Assembly: GCA_050304475.1 (NCBI GenBank)
Contig: JBNLDQ010000026.1
Coordinates: forward strand, 376 to 64,375
Source: Turneriellaceae bacterium
Lineage (GTDB): Bacteria > Spirochaetota > Leptospiria > Turneriellales > JAOUFE01
Direction: 5' to 3'
DNA: 64,000 bases
This document shows positions 44,331 through 54,000 of this stretch, piece by piece. Position numbers and translations under genes: made by a program. The number at the start of each line of letters is the position of its first letter. Positions within the stretch are counted from its first letter, which is position 1. The notes under the pieces were generated by a model, which was not told the DNA's origin, did not search any database, and worked only from the letters and a program-made list of their open reading frames with translations.

Positions 44331-46093
44331 CTGCATTCGCCTTCGCCATATTCCATCACATAAGGCGAATCTTTGCCCCAATCGTAATGAAGCATTTCGT
44401 CTTCTTCCACCGGCATTTTTTCGCTGCTGAATTCTGCGACAATGTCGGTCATTCGCTCCTTGCTCAGACCGGTAATAAAATCATCAAACGATGCATTCTC
44501 GGAAGCTTCGTTTTGAAATATTTCAATCAAACGGTGTATGAACCTGGGGATTCGCCGGGCCAGGATTTTTTCATTGATTTTAACGCCCATGCGCACTTCA
44601 CCGGCGCTCAACAAAGCCCCGCCATAATAAAGGTTATAGGCAGGCGCCTGTTGTTCGTCCGAAAAGGTAGTATCGGCCCGCCCTGAAAAACCCAGCGTCG
44701 CCACATGGTGCCGCGCGCAGGAGTTTGAGCACCCCGAGACATGAATGGTTGCGCCCTCGAACCGGGCGTCTTGGCGCCAGGTATCGTCAAACTCTTCCGA
44801 CAAGACCCTGGCTAAACCCGGCGAATGGGTGATCCCCGCCGCGCAGGTTGCGGAGCCCAGGCAAGTAATCACATCGGCAAAACTGTGGTGACCGGGACGG
44901 CCCAGACCTTCGCTCGTCAGATAGTCGTAAATTTTTCCAAAAAACTCTTTCTTGTTTTCAGGGGCGACAACCAGTCCTTTGAGCACCGCATCTTGAGAGT
45001 CGCTCAGCGTAATATAACCCTTTGCATTGCCATCGCGCCAACCGTCAAGTTGATCGGCCAGGGCGCGCAACGTCTCAGGAGTAAAATCACCGTTTGGAAC
45101 CCGAACAATGACCATGTACTCATTTTTGCGAACGGTGGGTTTTATATTTTGTTCAAACCAAAAATGTTTGGCGGCTTCGGCGCTGCGGTCAAACGGATTT
45201 GAATAATCAAACTCTTCGGGTTCGACTATTTTCGCTTCTATCTCGGGAAGTTCGATTCCTTCGCTTTGTATGGCCGCCAGCTCTTCTTCTACGTAACCGA
45301 GAAACGTTTCAAACCCGATTTTGTTCAATTGAAACTTCAACCGGGCTTCGCTGCGTTTTGAGCGGTCGCCGTGTTTGTCAAACGCCCTCAAAATCGCCAG
45401 CGCGTGCAACAACGTCTCTTCTACGGGGATAAACTCTTTGTAAAGCCGGGACGCCATGGGGTTTGAGCCTAACGCGCCGCCCATGAAGACCTTAAAGCCC
45501 GGTTTACCATCGGAAAGAGCCGCGATAAACCCGAGGTCGTGGATCGAGGCGCCGGCATAATCTTTCTCATTTTCGCTGAAACCGATTTTAAACTTCCTCG
45601 GCAGATGTTGCGTAACGCGGTTTCTTAAAAAGAAATGCACCGTTTGCTCAACTGCCGGCATGATATCAAAAAGCTGGTCGCGTCCGTCGCCGGCAAAGGG
45701 CGAAGTAATGATGTTGCGGATGGTAGCCCCGCTCGATTCGCGCGTTGTCAGCCCGTGATCGGCTAACGTTTGTAAAAGCGGGATAATGTTCCCGATCTTG
45801 ATAAAGTAAATTTGAATATCCTGGCGCGTTGTGATATGCATCGAGCCTTTGGCGTACTTTGAGACGGCTTCGCATAAACCGTCCACTTGATTCCGGTTTA
45901 AGCGTCCGCCGGGTATTTTCACCCGGATCATAAACTGGGCCGGTTGCCGCTGGCCGTAAACGCCCTGGATCAAACGCCGGTGTTTAAATTCTTCGGGGTC
46001 AAAGGTTCTATTTTGAAAACCTTCGATTTTTTCCTGAAACTCTTTTAATTCTTCGTCAACTACGCCGTTACGCGCAAAATAAAATTCGCTCAT
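44327..46093 (-). CDS. Ferredoxin-type sulfite/nitrite reductase hemoprotein (siroheme/4Fe-4S)
   Basis: The cluster/siroheme Cys motifs TCLGSATCAAG and VSGCSNSCARHH are present. The start was set at MSEFYF. Its ATG overlaps the cysH stop (TAATG at 46091-46095). Confidence 0.85.
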   Translation of the reverse strand: MSEFYFARNGVVDEELKEFQEKIEGFQNRTFDPEEFKHRRLIQGVYGQRQPAQFMIRVKIPGGRLNRNQVDGLCEAVSKYAKGSMHITTRQDIQIYFIKIGNIIPLLQTLADHGLTTRESSGATIRNIITSPFAGDGRDQLFDIMPAVEQTVHFFLRNRVTQHLPRKFKIGFSENEKDYAGASIHDLGFIAALSDGKPGFKVFMGGALGSNPMASRLYKEFIPVEETLLHALAILRAFDKHGDRSKRSEARLKFQLNKIGFETFLGYVEEELAAIQSEGIELPEIEAKIVEPEEFDYSNPFDRSAEAAKHFWFEQNIKPTVRKNEYMVIVRVPNGDFTPETLRALADQLDGWRDGNAKGYITLSDSQDAVLKGLVVAPENKKEFFGKIYDYLTSEGLGRPGHHSFADVITCLGSATCAAGITHSPGLARVLSEEFDDTWRQDARFEGATIHVSGCSNSCARHHVATLGFSGRADTTFSDEQQAPAYNLYYGGALLSAGEVRMGVKINEKILARRIPRFIHRLIEIFQNEASENASFDDFITGLSKERMTDIVAEFSSEKMPVEEDEMLHYDWGKDSPYVMEYGEGECS

Positions 46094-46845
46094 TATGACT
46101 CCTTTTCCGCATTTTTGTTCGCCACATGCAATCCGCATTCTTTATGGGCGCAATCTTCCCACCACCATCTGCCGGCCCTGGGTTCTTCGCCTTCCAGAAT
46201 CGGACGCGTACAAGGAGCGCAGCCAATACTGGCATAGTTTTTCTTATGCAAAATATTAAACGGGACTTTGTGTTTTTCTACGTATTTCCAGATCTCGTCA
46301 TCCGTCCAGTGGAGTAGAGGGTGAATCTTGATAATAGAGTTCTCATAGTCCAGCTCGATAATGGGAATCGATTCCCGTTCGGGCGAATGTATTTTCCGAA
46401 TCCCGGTGATCCAGATTTGTTTTCCGGCGAGAGCTCTTTTGAGAGGTTCAACCTTACGAATATGGCAGCATTCGACTCTGTTTTCAACGGAATCGTAAAA
46501 GCTGTTTTGCCCTTTTGTATTCAATAAATTCTGCAACAGTTGCGTATCGGGAACAAAGGTTTCAATCGGCAATTTATACTTATCTGCCGTTCGCCGTTGC
46601 AACTCAATTGTTTCATTAAACAATCTCCCCGTATCAATCGTAAAAATATGAACCGGGAAGTTGTTTCTTGCGATCATATCGGTCAAGACCTGATCTTCAA
46701 CCCCGAATGAACTGGAAAAAACAACCCCTTCGGGTATTTCCGATGTGACCGCTTGAATCACCTCTTCGGCGTTTTTACCGTTTAACTTCCCCTGTTGTTT
46801 TTCTACGTACTCTTTTTTTGTCTCAATAGTTTTTAAATCTAACAT
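46093..46845 (-). CDS. cysH: Assimilatory APS/PAPS reductase (Fe-S-type Cys pattern)
   Basis: It has the C-terminal KECGLH, plus VECCH and GCAPCT cysteine pairs typical of the Fe-S-containing APS-reductase form. Confidence 0.9.
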   Translation of the reverse strand: MLDLKTIETKKEYVEKQQGKLNGKNAEEVIQAVTSEIPEGVVFSSSFGVEDQVLTDMIARNNFPVHIFTIDTGRLFNETIELQRRTADKYKLPIETFVPDTQLLQNLLNTKGQNSFYDSVENRVECCHIRKVEPLKRALAGKQIWITGIRKIHSPERESIPIIELDYENSIIKIHPLLHWTDDEIWKYVEKHKVPFNILHKKNYASIGCAPCTRPILEGEEPRAGRWWWEDCAHKECGLHVANKNAEKES

Positions 46846-46918
46846 AATATAATACCCTCGCTTTTTGCTTTAATACCAGAAAATAGATTGTATAAAAATC
46901 TGGAACGACCGTTAACAG
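46846..46918 (-). promoter_or_regulatory. Leader-cysH spacer with a weak hairpin plus U-run overlapping the last Cys codons and the stop
   Basis: The RNA segment CUGUUAACGGUCGUUCCAG (46918..46900) can form an interrupted 6-bp stem and is followed by AUUUUUAU. No strong GC-rich terminator is visible by eye. Confidence 0.3.
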
Positions 46919-47043
46919 CAGCAACAGCAACAACAAAGACGTGAGTTGAGAGGAAGACAACACAGAGAAGAACCGCTTTTGGCAATAGTTAACTTTGGTG
47001 CGTAAACGTTTTTCATATTCGACGCAGGCTCAAATTTGAACAT
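46912..47043 (-). CDS. Candidate cysteine-rich leader peptide (43 aa) upstream of cysH-sir; not in the ORF track
   Basis: Manual translation gives MFKFEPASNMKNVYAPKLTIAKSGSSLCCLPLNSRLCCCCCCC*. GGAGGAG (47053..47047) lies 3 nt before the ATG at 47043. The TAA at 46914..46912 lies 66 nt before the cysH ATG. Confidence 0.6.
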   Translation of the reverse strand: MFKFEPASNMKNVYAPKLTIAKSGSSLCCLPLNSRLCCCCCCC

Positions 47044-47109
47044 GTTCTCCTCCGATAATTTATGTACAAGCTATTAAATGATAGATATCCCGGCAATTTT
47101 TTTTTAGGG

Positions 47110-48294
47110 CTAAGGTTGTATCGTATTGCCTTCCTCCAGGGAGGGTTCATTGAAAAACGAAGGCGGTAAAATACCTTCCGGTTGTTCATCGGCTTCGCCG
47201 GTATCTTCTTTAGGCTCTGACGTCTTTTCAAGCTCTCTGGTTTCCAGCAACAAGTTTCGCGCTTCAGTCTCCCATTGCAAGGCTACCTGGCTGTATTTAC
47301 CGTCGGGGAATTCGGTTCGCGCTTTCGAGAAAGCTGATACGGCTTGGTTGTATTCCGCCTTTTCATAATAGGCTTGCCCCATTTTTATATATGCGTTTTC
47401 ATCTCGCGTCGCAGGGCGCCGGGCTACGACATCTTCAAATGTGGCAATCGCTTGATCGTATTGCTTTTCCATTATATAAATATTGCCTAAATAATACAAG
47501 CTGTCTTCGGCATGGGAAGTATAGGTAAAGTTTTCTGCAATAAACGAGAAATATTTTTTTGCGCTTTCGGGTTCTCCAACACTCAGCGTATCGGCTCCCG
47601 TTCGGAACATAGAATCGGCAAAGCGGGTTGCCATATCTTCGCGGTTTCGATTACGATCGACATAAATATTAAAGAATTTTTGATACTGTAAAAAAGCTTC
47701 TTCATGACGCCCCGTTTGAAAATAGGCCCTTGCCAACTCCATATTCGCTTCCGGATTTTTCGCATTTTCCGAAAGAGCAATTTCATAGTTTTTCATGGAT
47801 TGATCAAACTCTTTCTGGCGCGCATAGTAACGGGCAATTTCCACATAAATATCGGAACGCAAATTCGGGTCGACAGTTTTTGAAAGCAAAACCATGAGGC
47901 CGTTAAAACCCTCTTCCGTATTGTAGCGGGACAACTGCAGTTTTGATATTTTAAAACGGACCTGGTCGGCCAACTCTTCATCCATTTCGGTCGCCAGTAA
48001 ACGACGGTATTTGCCGATTGCCACATCGATATTGCCAAGTTTTTCATAAGACTCGGCCAGATGGTATAGCGCTTCTTTCGCCTGCTCGGTATCGGGAAAA
48101 TGCGAAGCGACGGTGGTGAAAAGTTCAACCGCTTTCTTCATGGTTTCTTCGCTATCCTGTTCAAGTAATAGCTTGCCTTTGGTTAACAATGCGCTGGCTT
48201 CGCGGTTAGGCGCAAAGTATTCTTCATTGACGGTAATGACACCCAACCCGGACAACATTGCCAGAGAACCGATTACTAAAAAGATATTTTTCAT
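47110..48294 (-). CDS. TPR-repeat lipoprotein or periplasmic protein
   Basis: It has the signal MKNIFLVIGSLAMLSGLG and multiple TPR-like units (e.g. AKEALYHLAESYEKLGNIDVAIGKY, AEDSLYYLGNIYIMEKQYDQAIATF). It overlaps the upstream gene by 4 nt. Confidence 0.75.
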   Translation of the reverse strand: MKNIFLVIGSLAMLSGLGVITVNEEYFAPNREASALLTKGKLLLEQDSEETMKKAVELFTTVASHFPDTEQAKEALYHLAESYEKLGNIDVAIGKYRRLLATEMDEELADQVRFKISKLQLSRYNTEEGFNGLMVLLSKTVDPNLRSDIYVEIARYYARQKEFDQSMKNYEIALSENAKNPEANMELARAYFQTGRHEEAFLQYQKFFNIYVDRNRNREDMATRFADSMFRTGADTLSVGEPESAKKYFSFIAENFTYTSHAEDSLYYLGNIYIMEKQYDQAIATFEDVVARRPATRDENAYIKMGQAYYEKAEYNQAVSAFSKARTEFPDGKYSQVALQWETEARNLLLETRELEKTSEPKEDTGEADEQPEGILPPSFFNEPSLEEGNTIQP

Positions 48295-50159
48295 TTTTCC
48301 ATACTCTCCAAGGTTCGGCGATACCAGAAATCCGCTCGCTCACCGTAAACTTCGCGCACAACGGGGTTTAAGAACTGGTCAAGCGCCGGCCGGTAATCGC
48401 CAATGTAATAGTTGGCCATACCCGAATAAAATATCGCTTTCGCGCGGATCGGTTTGGCTTTATCATGGCGAAACGGAGCCAGCTCGCGCAAAGCGGCCTC
48501 GTAATCTTTTTTCAGATATGTATTTTTTAAAACCAAATTTAACTCGGCTTCGGAACGTCGAACTTCGCTGTCGGGCACCATATAGTCCGGGAGTTCCATG
48601 GCCGATTCGGTATCGGGCAGGTACGGTTCTTCGTTCGGATCTATGCCGGCAGATTGCCCCTTTTTACCCTTTCGGCCCCCGCGAAAATCGACCGGGCCAA
48701 TGAGATTTTCATATTCGGTAAAAGCGGGCGGAACCAACCCCTTGCCCGTTTCATAAAAAATGGCGTAGTAGTACAACCCGGAAACCGGGGGTTTGTCTTC
48801 CAGCGTAACGGAGCCCGGCTTTAAATAACCGACGGGCGTACCGAGAATGACATCGCGCATCTCTCCGGGTTTTTGCCGAAACCGGTAAATTTTTACCATG
48901 CCCTCTTCAACAGGCAGAGGCGCCTGCCCGCGAGACCAGGTAAGGACAACCGTGTTATTCACAGCCTGGGCGGTTAATTCCGTAAAAATGGAAGCGCCCT
49001 TCCCGGGTGAAACTTCCGGGGTTTTATCCGGGATATCCTGGGGGGTTTCTTGAACCTGCTTATTGCCGGCCGGGTTTATCATGACATTGCCGCCGGGGAT
49101 AAATGCCTTGCTCAACTCGCCCCGGCTATTTTGGGTGACAATGGCATAATAGTAATCGCCCGAAGCTACCTTGCTATCAATATAGTTATTTTTCGTACTG
49201 TTCACATAAGCGAGAATCGTGGCGTTTTTTAAAGCTTCATCATTGTCCATGATCCTGCGGGACCGGTAAATGATATATTCGTAATCGCCGCTAACGACAT
49301 CGCTTTCCCAGGAAAGTTGAATTTGATCTTGAACGCGAAAGGCCTGGATCTTGCGGACCGTCGGAATTTCGCCAATCTGCATGATGATACCGTTGATGGT
49401 AAAAGAATCGCCCGCGGCAAGATGGCGGTTTTCTTTTTCGCTTGCGTCGGTTGTCGTTACGGCATAGAACAAATTTTGACCTACGGGAGGTTTCGTATCG
49501 TCAAAGTAGTTTTTCCCCCCGCGAACAATGCCCAACCTGACGGCTTGCTCTAAAACGGATGACGAGTCGATAGGTTGCGTATATCGATAGACAATAAAAT
49601 AGACATAGGGGTTCGGTTCGTATTCCCACTGCACCCGGATCGTATGCTTATCGAGAAAGCGAGCGCGGATGCTTTTGACAATACTAAGCGAAGTAAATTT
49701 TTTTTTGTCCGACGACAAAATCGTCACCGGCCGCAGCGTATAATTTTCACCCGGCGTTAAAATAACGCTTTGGTCTTCAACAGCTTTACGGGAAACAACC
49801 GCATAGTAGTAATTGCCCGCCCCCTCGGGGATATCGCGGTAAACCGTGGCTCCCCCATCGAGAATGGCAATTGTTTTGGACTCAAGCAGGGTTTGCATCG
49901 TTGAAATGGGAATGTCGGAGCGAATCACGGATAGTCTGGCCGGTTTTTGCGAAATATGCCAATTGATTAAAATTTCGCCCACAGAAGGGTTTACCAGCTC
50001 GGCCTTGAGTCCGGTCACCGCCGAAGGCGTCGAGTCAACGCGAATAACATCGATATCGCTTTGGGTCGTATAATCCTTTTCCGGCAAAATAAATTGCGCT
50101 AAAACTGGCGATAAAAACCCTAAAAAAAGAGCAAGTATTGGATAAAGACGCAATTTCAT
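48291..50159 (-). CDS. Secreted protein with four beta-sandwich (FN3-like) modules ending in YYYA(V/I), plus a C-terminal helical region
   Basis: The signal is MKLRLYPILALFLGFLSPVLA. The recurrent module ends are GNYYYAVV, NLFYAVTTTD, GDYYYAIVTQN and GLYYYAIFYE. Confidence 0.65.
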   Translation of the reverse strand: MKLRLYPILALFLGFLSPVLAQFILPEKDYTTQSDIDVIRVDSTPSAVTGLKAELVNPSVGEILINWHISQKPARLSVIRSDIPISTMQTLLESKTIAILDGGATVYRDIPEGAGNYYYAVVSRKAVEDQSVILTPGENYTLRPVTILSSDKKKFTSLSIVKSIRARFLDKHTIRVQWEYEPNPYVYFIVYRYTQPIDSSSVLEQAVRLGIVRGGKNYFDDTKPPVGQNLFYAVTTTDASEKENRHLAAGDSFTINGIIMQIGEIPTVRKIQAFRVQDQIQLSWESDVVSGDYEYIIYRSRRIMDNDEALKNATILAYVNSTKNNYIDSKVASGDYYYAIVTQNSRGELSKAFIPGGNVMINPAGNKQVQETPQDIPDKTPEVSPGKGASIFTELTAQAVNNTVVLTWSRGQAPLPVEEGMVKIYRFRQKPGEMRDVILGTPVGYLKPGSVTLEDKPPVSGLYYYAIFYETGKGLVPPAFTEYENLIGPVDFRGGRKGKKGQSAGIDPNEEPYLPDTESAMELPDYMVPDSEVRRSEAELNLVLKNTYLKKDYEAALRELAPFRHDKAKPIRAKAIFYSGMANYYIGDYRPALDQFLNPVVREVYGERADFWYRRTLESMEK

Positions 50160-50363
50160 TATAAAATCCCCTGTGTCACTACTTCACACAGTAACATAGT
50201 TATTTTCGGCTAATTTCGCCTTAATTTGAAGCGATATTTCGCCAAACGCCTTAAAATGGCTCACTCTTTTTCGGGTCACAATCATTTCCATCAATGTAAT
50301 TTTTTTAAAAAATCCCGCCAATATCGATAAAACATCGAAAAATGGCCGATTTAGATAACAGGA

Positions 50364-50482
50364 CTGAAAAAAGTACCGACTTCTGGCTCCCACCCATATA
50401 TGGGTGGGATGTACCGGATTTCCGTTCGAGAAATTCGGTATTAGCACAATCTCTCACTTTCGTATCGCAATTGTGCGTCAAG
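50364..50482 (+). repeat. GC-hairpin repeat interrupted by a 67-nt module
   Basis: CTGAAAAAAGTACCGACTTCTGGCTCCCACCCATATATGGGTGGGA is followed by CCGGATTTCCGTTCGAGAAATTCGGTATTAGCACAATCTCTCACTTTCGTATCGCAATTGTGCGTCA, and then GGTTAGTGGGAAC, which is the tail of the long subfamily. Confidence 0.75.
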
Positions 50483-50619
50483 GGTTAGTGGGAACGAAGT
50501 TACACCGCCCGGATCAATAAATTCCGGTAGACAACCGGGTCCCGTCAAATAGGCCCGCCAGGAAATACGCGAAAAAGTTTTTAAATCAAGAAGTTTAAAT
50601 GCCGGTCGTAAAAATAGTT

Positions 50620-51138
50620 TTACGAAAAATCCTTATAAAGCATGCTGGGTTGAATGCCTTTGTTATTCTGATACTTGTTGCTTTGGTACTCTTCAAAGTC
50701 GCCAAGAATACTATGATAAAAAATCTGCGCTATCCCGACATTCGGGTAAATTACAATGGGTTGAACGGCAAAAATCTCCAGGGTCCAGTACCCTTTAAAA
50801 CCGATGTCGCCAAATCCGGCGGTTACGTGAACAAACATCCCCAGGCGCCCGATAGAACTGCGCCCTTCCAGCATCGGAACCAGATTATGGGTTTCGGTAT
50901 ACTCGTTGGTCCGCCCAAGGTAGAGTTTGTTCGATTCTAACTGAAAACCTTCGGCCGGAATTTTAATCGGGGTTGCCGGGTTCGGCGTTTTCATATCGAG
51001 AACATCATTGTCATAGGCCAGAAGTTCGTCCGACAAAGTTAAATTATAGCTGTTTGGGTTCAGGTTTTTTTCGTTATACGGCTCGATGATAATATCGCTT
51101 CCGATTCTTTTTTTAATTTCAAGTCCCGATAAGATCAT
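50620..51138 (-). CDS. dcd: dCTP deaminase
   Basis: Trimmed to MILSGLEIKKRIG...IIEPYNEKNLNPNSYNLTL. The GFKGYWTLEI region is typical. Confidence 0.9.
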   Translation of the reverse strand: MILSGLEIKKRIGSDIIIEPYNEKNLNPNSYNLTLSDELLAYDNDVLDMKTPNPATPIKIPAEGFQLESNKLYLGRTNEYTETHNLVPMLEGRSSIGRLGMFVHVTAGFGDIGFKGYWTLEIFAVQPIVIYPNVGIAQIFYHSILGDFEEYQSNKYQNNKGIQPSMLYKDFS

Positions 51139-51157
51139 TTTGCCGCTCCGCGCCTGC

Positions 51158-52258
51158 CTACGACAGGGCTTTCTCCAGGTTATTGACAACCATATCGTAT
51201 GCTTCAATTAATTTTTTCATGTCATCGCTGACATCGCCGGCGTTTTTATCGACGGTTGTAATCGGAAACCCTTTTTCGCCCGATTCCATGATTTTTTGCG
51301 ATAGCGGAATACTGCCCAGCAAGCTAACGTCCAACGCCTTTGCCATCTTTTTACCGCCATCTTGCGAAAAAATATGCGAACTTTTCCCACAATGGGGGCA
51401 GATGAATTCGCTCATGTTTTCGATAATGCCTAACACGGGCAAATTTACCCTGGCAAACATATCAACAGCGCGCTCCGCGTCAAACAACGCTACGCTTTGC
51501 GGCGTGGTCACAATCACAGCCCCCTCAAGCTCAATGAGTTGAGCAAGCGATAGCTGCACATCCCCCGTGCCCGGAGGAAGGTCAATGAAAAGATAATCCA
51601 GGTCGCCCCATGAGATATCAAATAAAAACTGCTCTAACGCCTTGCCAAGCATTGGCCCTCGCCAGGGTACCGACTGGTGTTGTTCGATTAAAAAAGAAAA
51701 GCTGATCATTTTAATACCGTGTTTGGTAAGCGGCATTAATTTACCGCTTTTATCAACCGCGACATCGGCTTTCCCTTCATAACCGGCCATCTTGCCAATG
51801 GAAGGCCCGTAAATATCGGCATCGAGAATGCCCACTTTATAGCCCTTCATCGCCATAGCGGCCGCCAGGTTAATGGTGGCGGTAGATTTGCCGACCCCCC
51901 CTTTCCCCGAACCGACGGCGATAATATGCTTGATGTTATCCAGATTGCGTGCAGGAGGCAACCCCTGGCCTGCCTGACCTTGAGCCTGCCCGGTGGTTTC
52001 GCTTGAAGTCTCGGCAAACCGGACAGAGATCGCTTTCGGGTCAAAACCGGCTTTTGAAACAGCCGTTTTAACGGAAGCCTCGAGTGATAATTGCGCCGCC
52101 CGTTCTTTGGGCTCAGAAAGCAAAATCTGAAGAACGCCATTGGTCTCACTAACGCTTTTCACCGCTTCGGAAACTGTCTGATTTGAATCGGGCAGTTGAA
52201 TTTCGGATAAGGTCGATAAAATCTTATCTTTGTCGGGAATATCGGATTGTGCGGACAT
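51158..52258 (-). CDS. mrp: Mrp/ApbC-family Fe-S cluster carrier ATPase
   Basis: It has a DUF59-like N-terminus, the deviant Walker A GKGGVGKST, and the CPHCG motif. Confidence 0.9.
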   Translation of the reverse strand: MSAQSDIPDKDKILSTLSEIQLPDSNQTVSEAVKSVSETNGVLQILLSEPKERAAQLSLEASVKTAVSKAGFDPKAISVRFAETSSETTGQAQGQAGQGLPPARNLDNIKHIIAVGSGKGGVGKSTATINLAAAMAMKGYKVGILDADIYGPSIGKMAGYEGKADVAVDKSGKLMPLTKHGIKMISFSFLIEQHQSVPWRGPMLGKALEQFLFDISWGDLDYLFIDLPPGTGDVQLSLAQLIELEGAVIVTTPQSVALFDAERAVDMFARVNLPVLGIIENMSEFICPHCGKSSHIFSQDGGKKMAKALDVSLLGSIPLSQKIMESGEKGFPITTVDKNAGDVSDDMKKLIEAYDMVVNNLEKALS

Positions 52259-52323
52259 GTGTGGTGAAACTCCTTTTCAGTTGCCGTTATTGGTGAAAAC
52301 TTAAAATACGGTGTAAAGCAGTA

Positions 52324-52545
52324 TTATTCCTTATCATCAGGCTGATCAAGCGGCTTTTCTTCGATGATTTTTGCCACCCCGGAAATATCCTTTTCCGTTT
52401 TACCTTGCGGCGAATGATAGTTGCGGTATTTCTGATTCGTTGCCGTAGCCTTGAACATCAATTTGACAATGCGAACTACCGTCAAGACAATTGAAAAAAG
52501 AACAAAAATGAGAATAAATCTTAGTATCATCGATACAACAATCAA
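52324..52545 (-). CDS. Small membrane protein
   Basis: It has a single hydrophobic N-terminal helix (MILRFILIFVLFSIVLTVV). It lies between pcnB-like and mrp on the same strand. Confidence 0.4.
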   Translation of the reverse strand: MIVVSMILRFILIFVLFSIVLTVVRIVKLMFKATATNQKYRNYHSPQGKTEKDISGVAKIIEEKPLDQPDDKE

Positions 52546-52554
52546 ATAACAGGA

Positions 52555-54000
52555 CTACCTGTTCCTGCGCCTGCCTCCTCCCGATGAGCCTGAACCTCCG
52601 GAACCTGGCGAAGCTTTTCGCCGACGGGGCGGTCTTCCGCCGCCTTGGTTTGAACTTTTGGCCTCTTCCGGGGTGCGGTTTCTAAGCGGCCGCGGAGAGC
52701 TTTTTCGGATCACATTCGGCAATTTCTTTCGCAAGCCGATTTCCCAAAAAAGGGCTCTTTGAATACCGGCGTCGTCTCGATTTGCCCGCACATGAATTTT
52801 ATAATACGTAAACGCTTCGGGAAAAAACACTTTGCTTTTAAACGACCTAACCCACGGTTTGGTTTCGTCTTCGACTTCCTGGTGAAATTGCCGTTGGGCG
52901 CTAAACATTTGAAGAAGTCGTTCAAATTCGCGTTTTGTCAGTCCCAGTTCGGCATTGATTTCGCTCAAACGGTGTTTAATATCGTTTTCAATTTTGCGGT
53001 CCCGCGGATCCCCCGAAAACAGATCGTCCAGATAACCTGAAGCCATGATCGCAAAATAAATGGAAGTGTTGATATCTTCATGTTCAGAAATCATACGGTC
53101 GGCTATTTGCAGACGAATGCCAAGATAACTCTGCCCGAATTTTTTAGGCCAGGGAGAATGCAATTCCGAATACTTTTTCGTGATAATCGGAAAAAGAGCG
53201 TCAAAAAGTTTTAACTCTACCATTGATTTAAAAACATCAAACGTACTGCCGGTTCTGAAAATCTTGTTAAACTCTTCATGAAGCCGCGCAACCGAAGCTT
53301 TTTGAATCAAGCGGCGGTTTTTTTTGATCCCCGACACCAGGCGCGAATGAAGTTCAAAGCCAAACAAACTGGCAAATTTAATCGCCCGCAACATCCGCAC
53401 GGGATCTTCGGGGAACGAGATATTTTCATCGCCAATGTTTTTAACAATTTTATTTTGCAGGTCGTCGTAACCGCCCGTATAATCGATAATCGATTCGTTG
53501 CGAATGTCAAAAAAGAGAGAATTAATGGTAAAATCCCGCCGCGCCGCATCTTCTTTAAATGAACCAAACTCATTATCATGTTGAATCAACAGTTCGTGCT
53601 TGTTTTTCGCTTTTTCGCGCGAAAGCGGCAACGAACGCGCCGTAGAAACTTCAATGATCTTGTTCCCTTTAAAAACAACATGAATGATTTTAAAACGCCG
53701 GCCAATCACGCGAGAGTTTACAAACAGCTTGCGTATTTCGCTGGGCGTGGCATTCGTCACAATATCGTAATCTTTTGGCGAACGATTTAACAGCAGATCG
53801 CGAACGCAACCGCCTACGATATAAGCTTTGTAACCGAACTGATTTAAACGCCCTATGACTTTCTGAGCGTCATGATCAATCATTGATTTGCGGATGTTAT
53901 GAAAATCGGCGTAGTAGCGTTTCCCCTGAGGGTATTTTAATATATATTCCGTAGACGTATGGTCGGGCGGGATAAAAATATTCTTTATCCATGATAGCAT
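52555..54000 (-). CDS. Poly(A) polymerase / CCA-adding nucleotidyltransferase family protein with an Arg/Gly-rich tail
   Basis: It has the GGCVRDLLL and RRDFTINSL motifs. The C-terminal tail is GGGRPPRRRKASPGSGGSGSSGGGRRRNR. Confidence 0.8.
   Translation of the reverse strand: MLSWIKNIFIPPDHTSTEYILKYPQGKRYYADFHNIRKSMIDHDAQKVIGRLNQFGYKAYIVGGCVRDLLLNRSPKDYDIVTNATPSEIRKLFVNSRVIGRRFKIIHVVFKGNKIIEVSTARSLPLSREKAKNKHELLIQHDNEFGSFKEDAARRDFTINSLFFDIRNESIIDYTGGYDDLQNKIVKNIGDENISFPEDPVRMLRAIKFASLFGFELHSRLVSGIKKNRRLIQKASVARLHEEFNKIFRTGSTFDVFKSMVELKLFDALFPIITKKYSELHSPWPKKFGQSYLGIRLQIADRMISEHEDINTSIYFAIMASGYLDDLFSGDPRDRKIENDIKHRLSEINAELGLTKREFERLLQMFSAQRQFHQEVEDETKPWVRSFKSKVFFPEAFTYYKIHVRANRDDAGIQRALFWEIGLRKKLPNVIRKSSPRPLRNRTPEEAKSSNQGGGRPPRRRKASPGSGGSGSSGGGRRRNR

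Noticed and set aside
46912-46940. A plus-strand reading of the repeat as poly-Gln (CAG CAG CAA CAG CAA CAA CAA).
   Set aside because: That frame opens directly after a TAA, has no start codon or RBS, and closes after about 30 codons. The minus-strand ORF has an ATG and a strong SD.
50414-50438. A tRNA T-arm-like hairpin, CCGGATTTC-CGTTCGA-GAAATTCGG.
   Set aside because: No acceptor, D or anticodon arms can be drawn around it. The same module occurs inverted at 34531-34597, so it is treated as a repeat.
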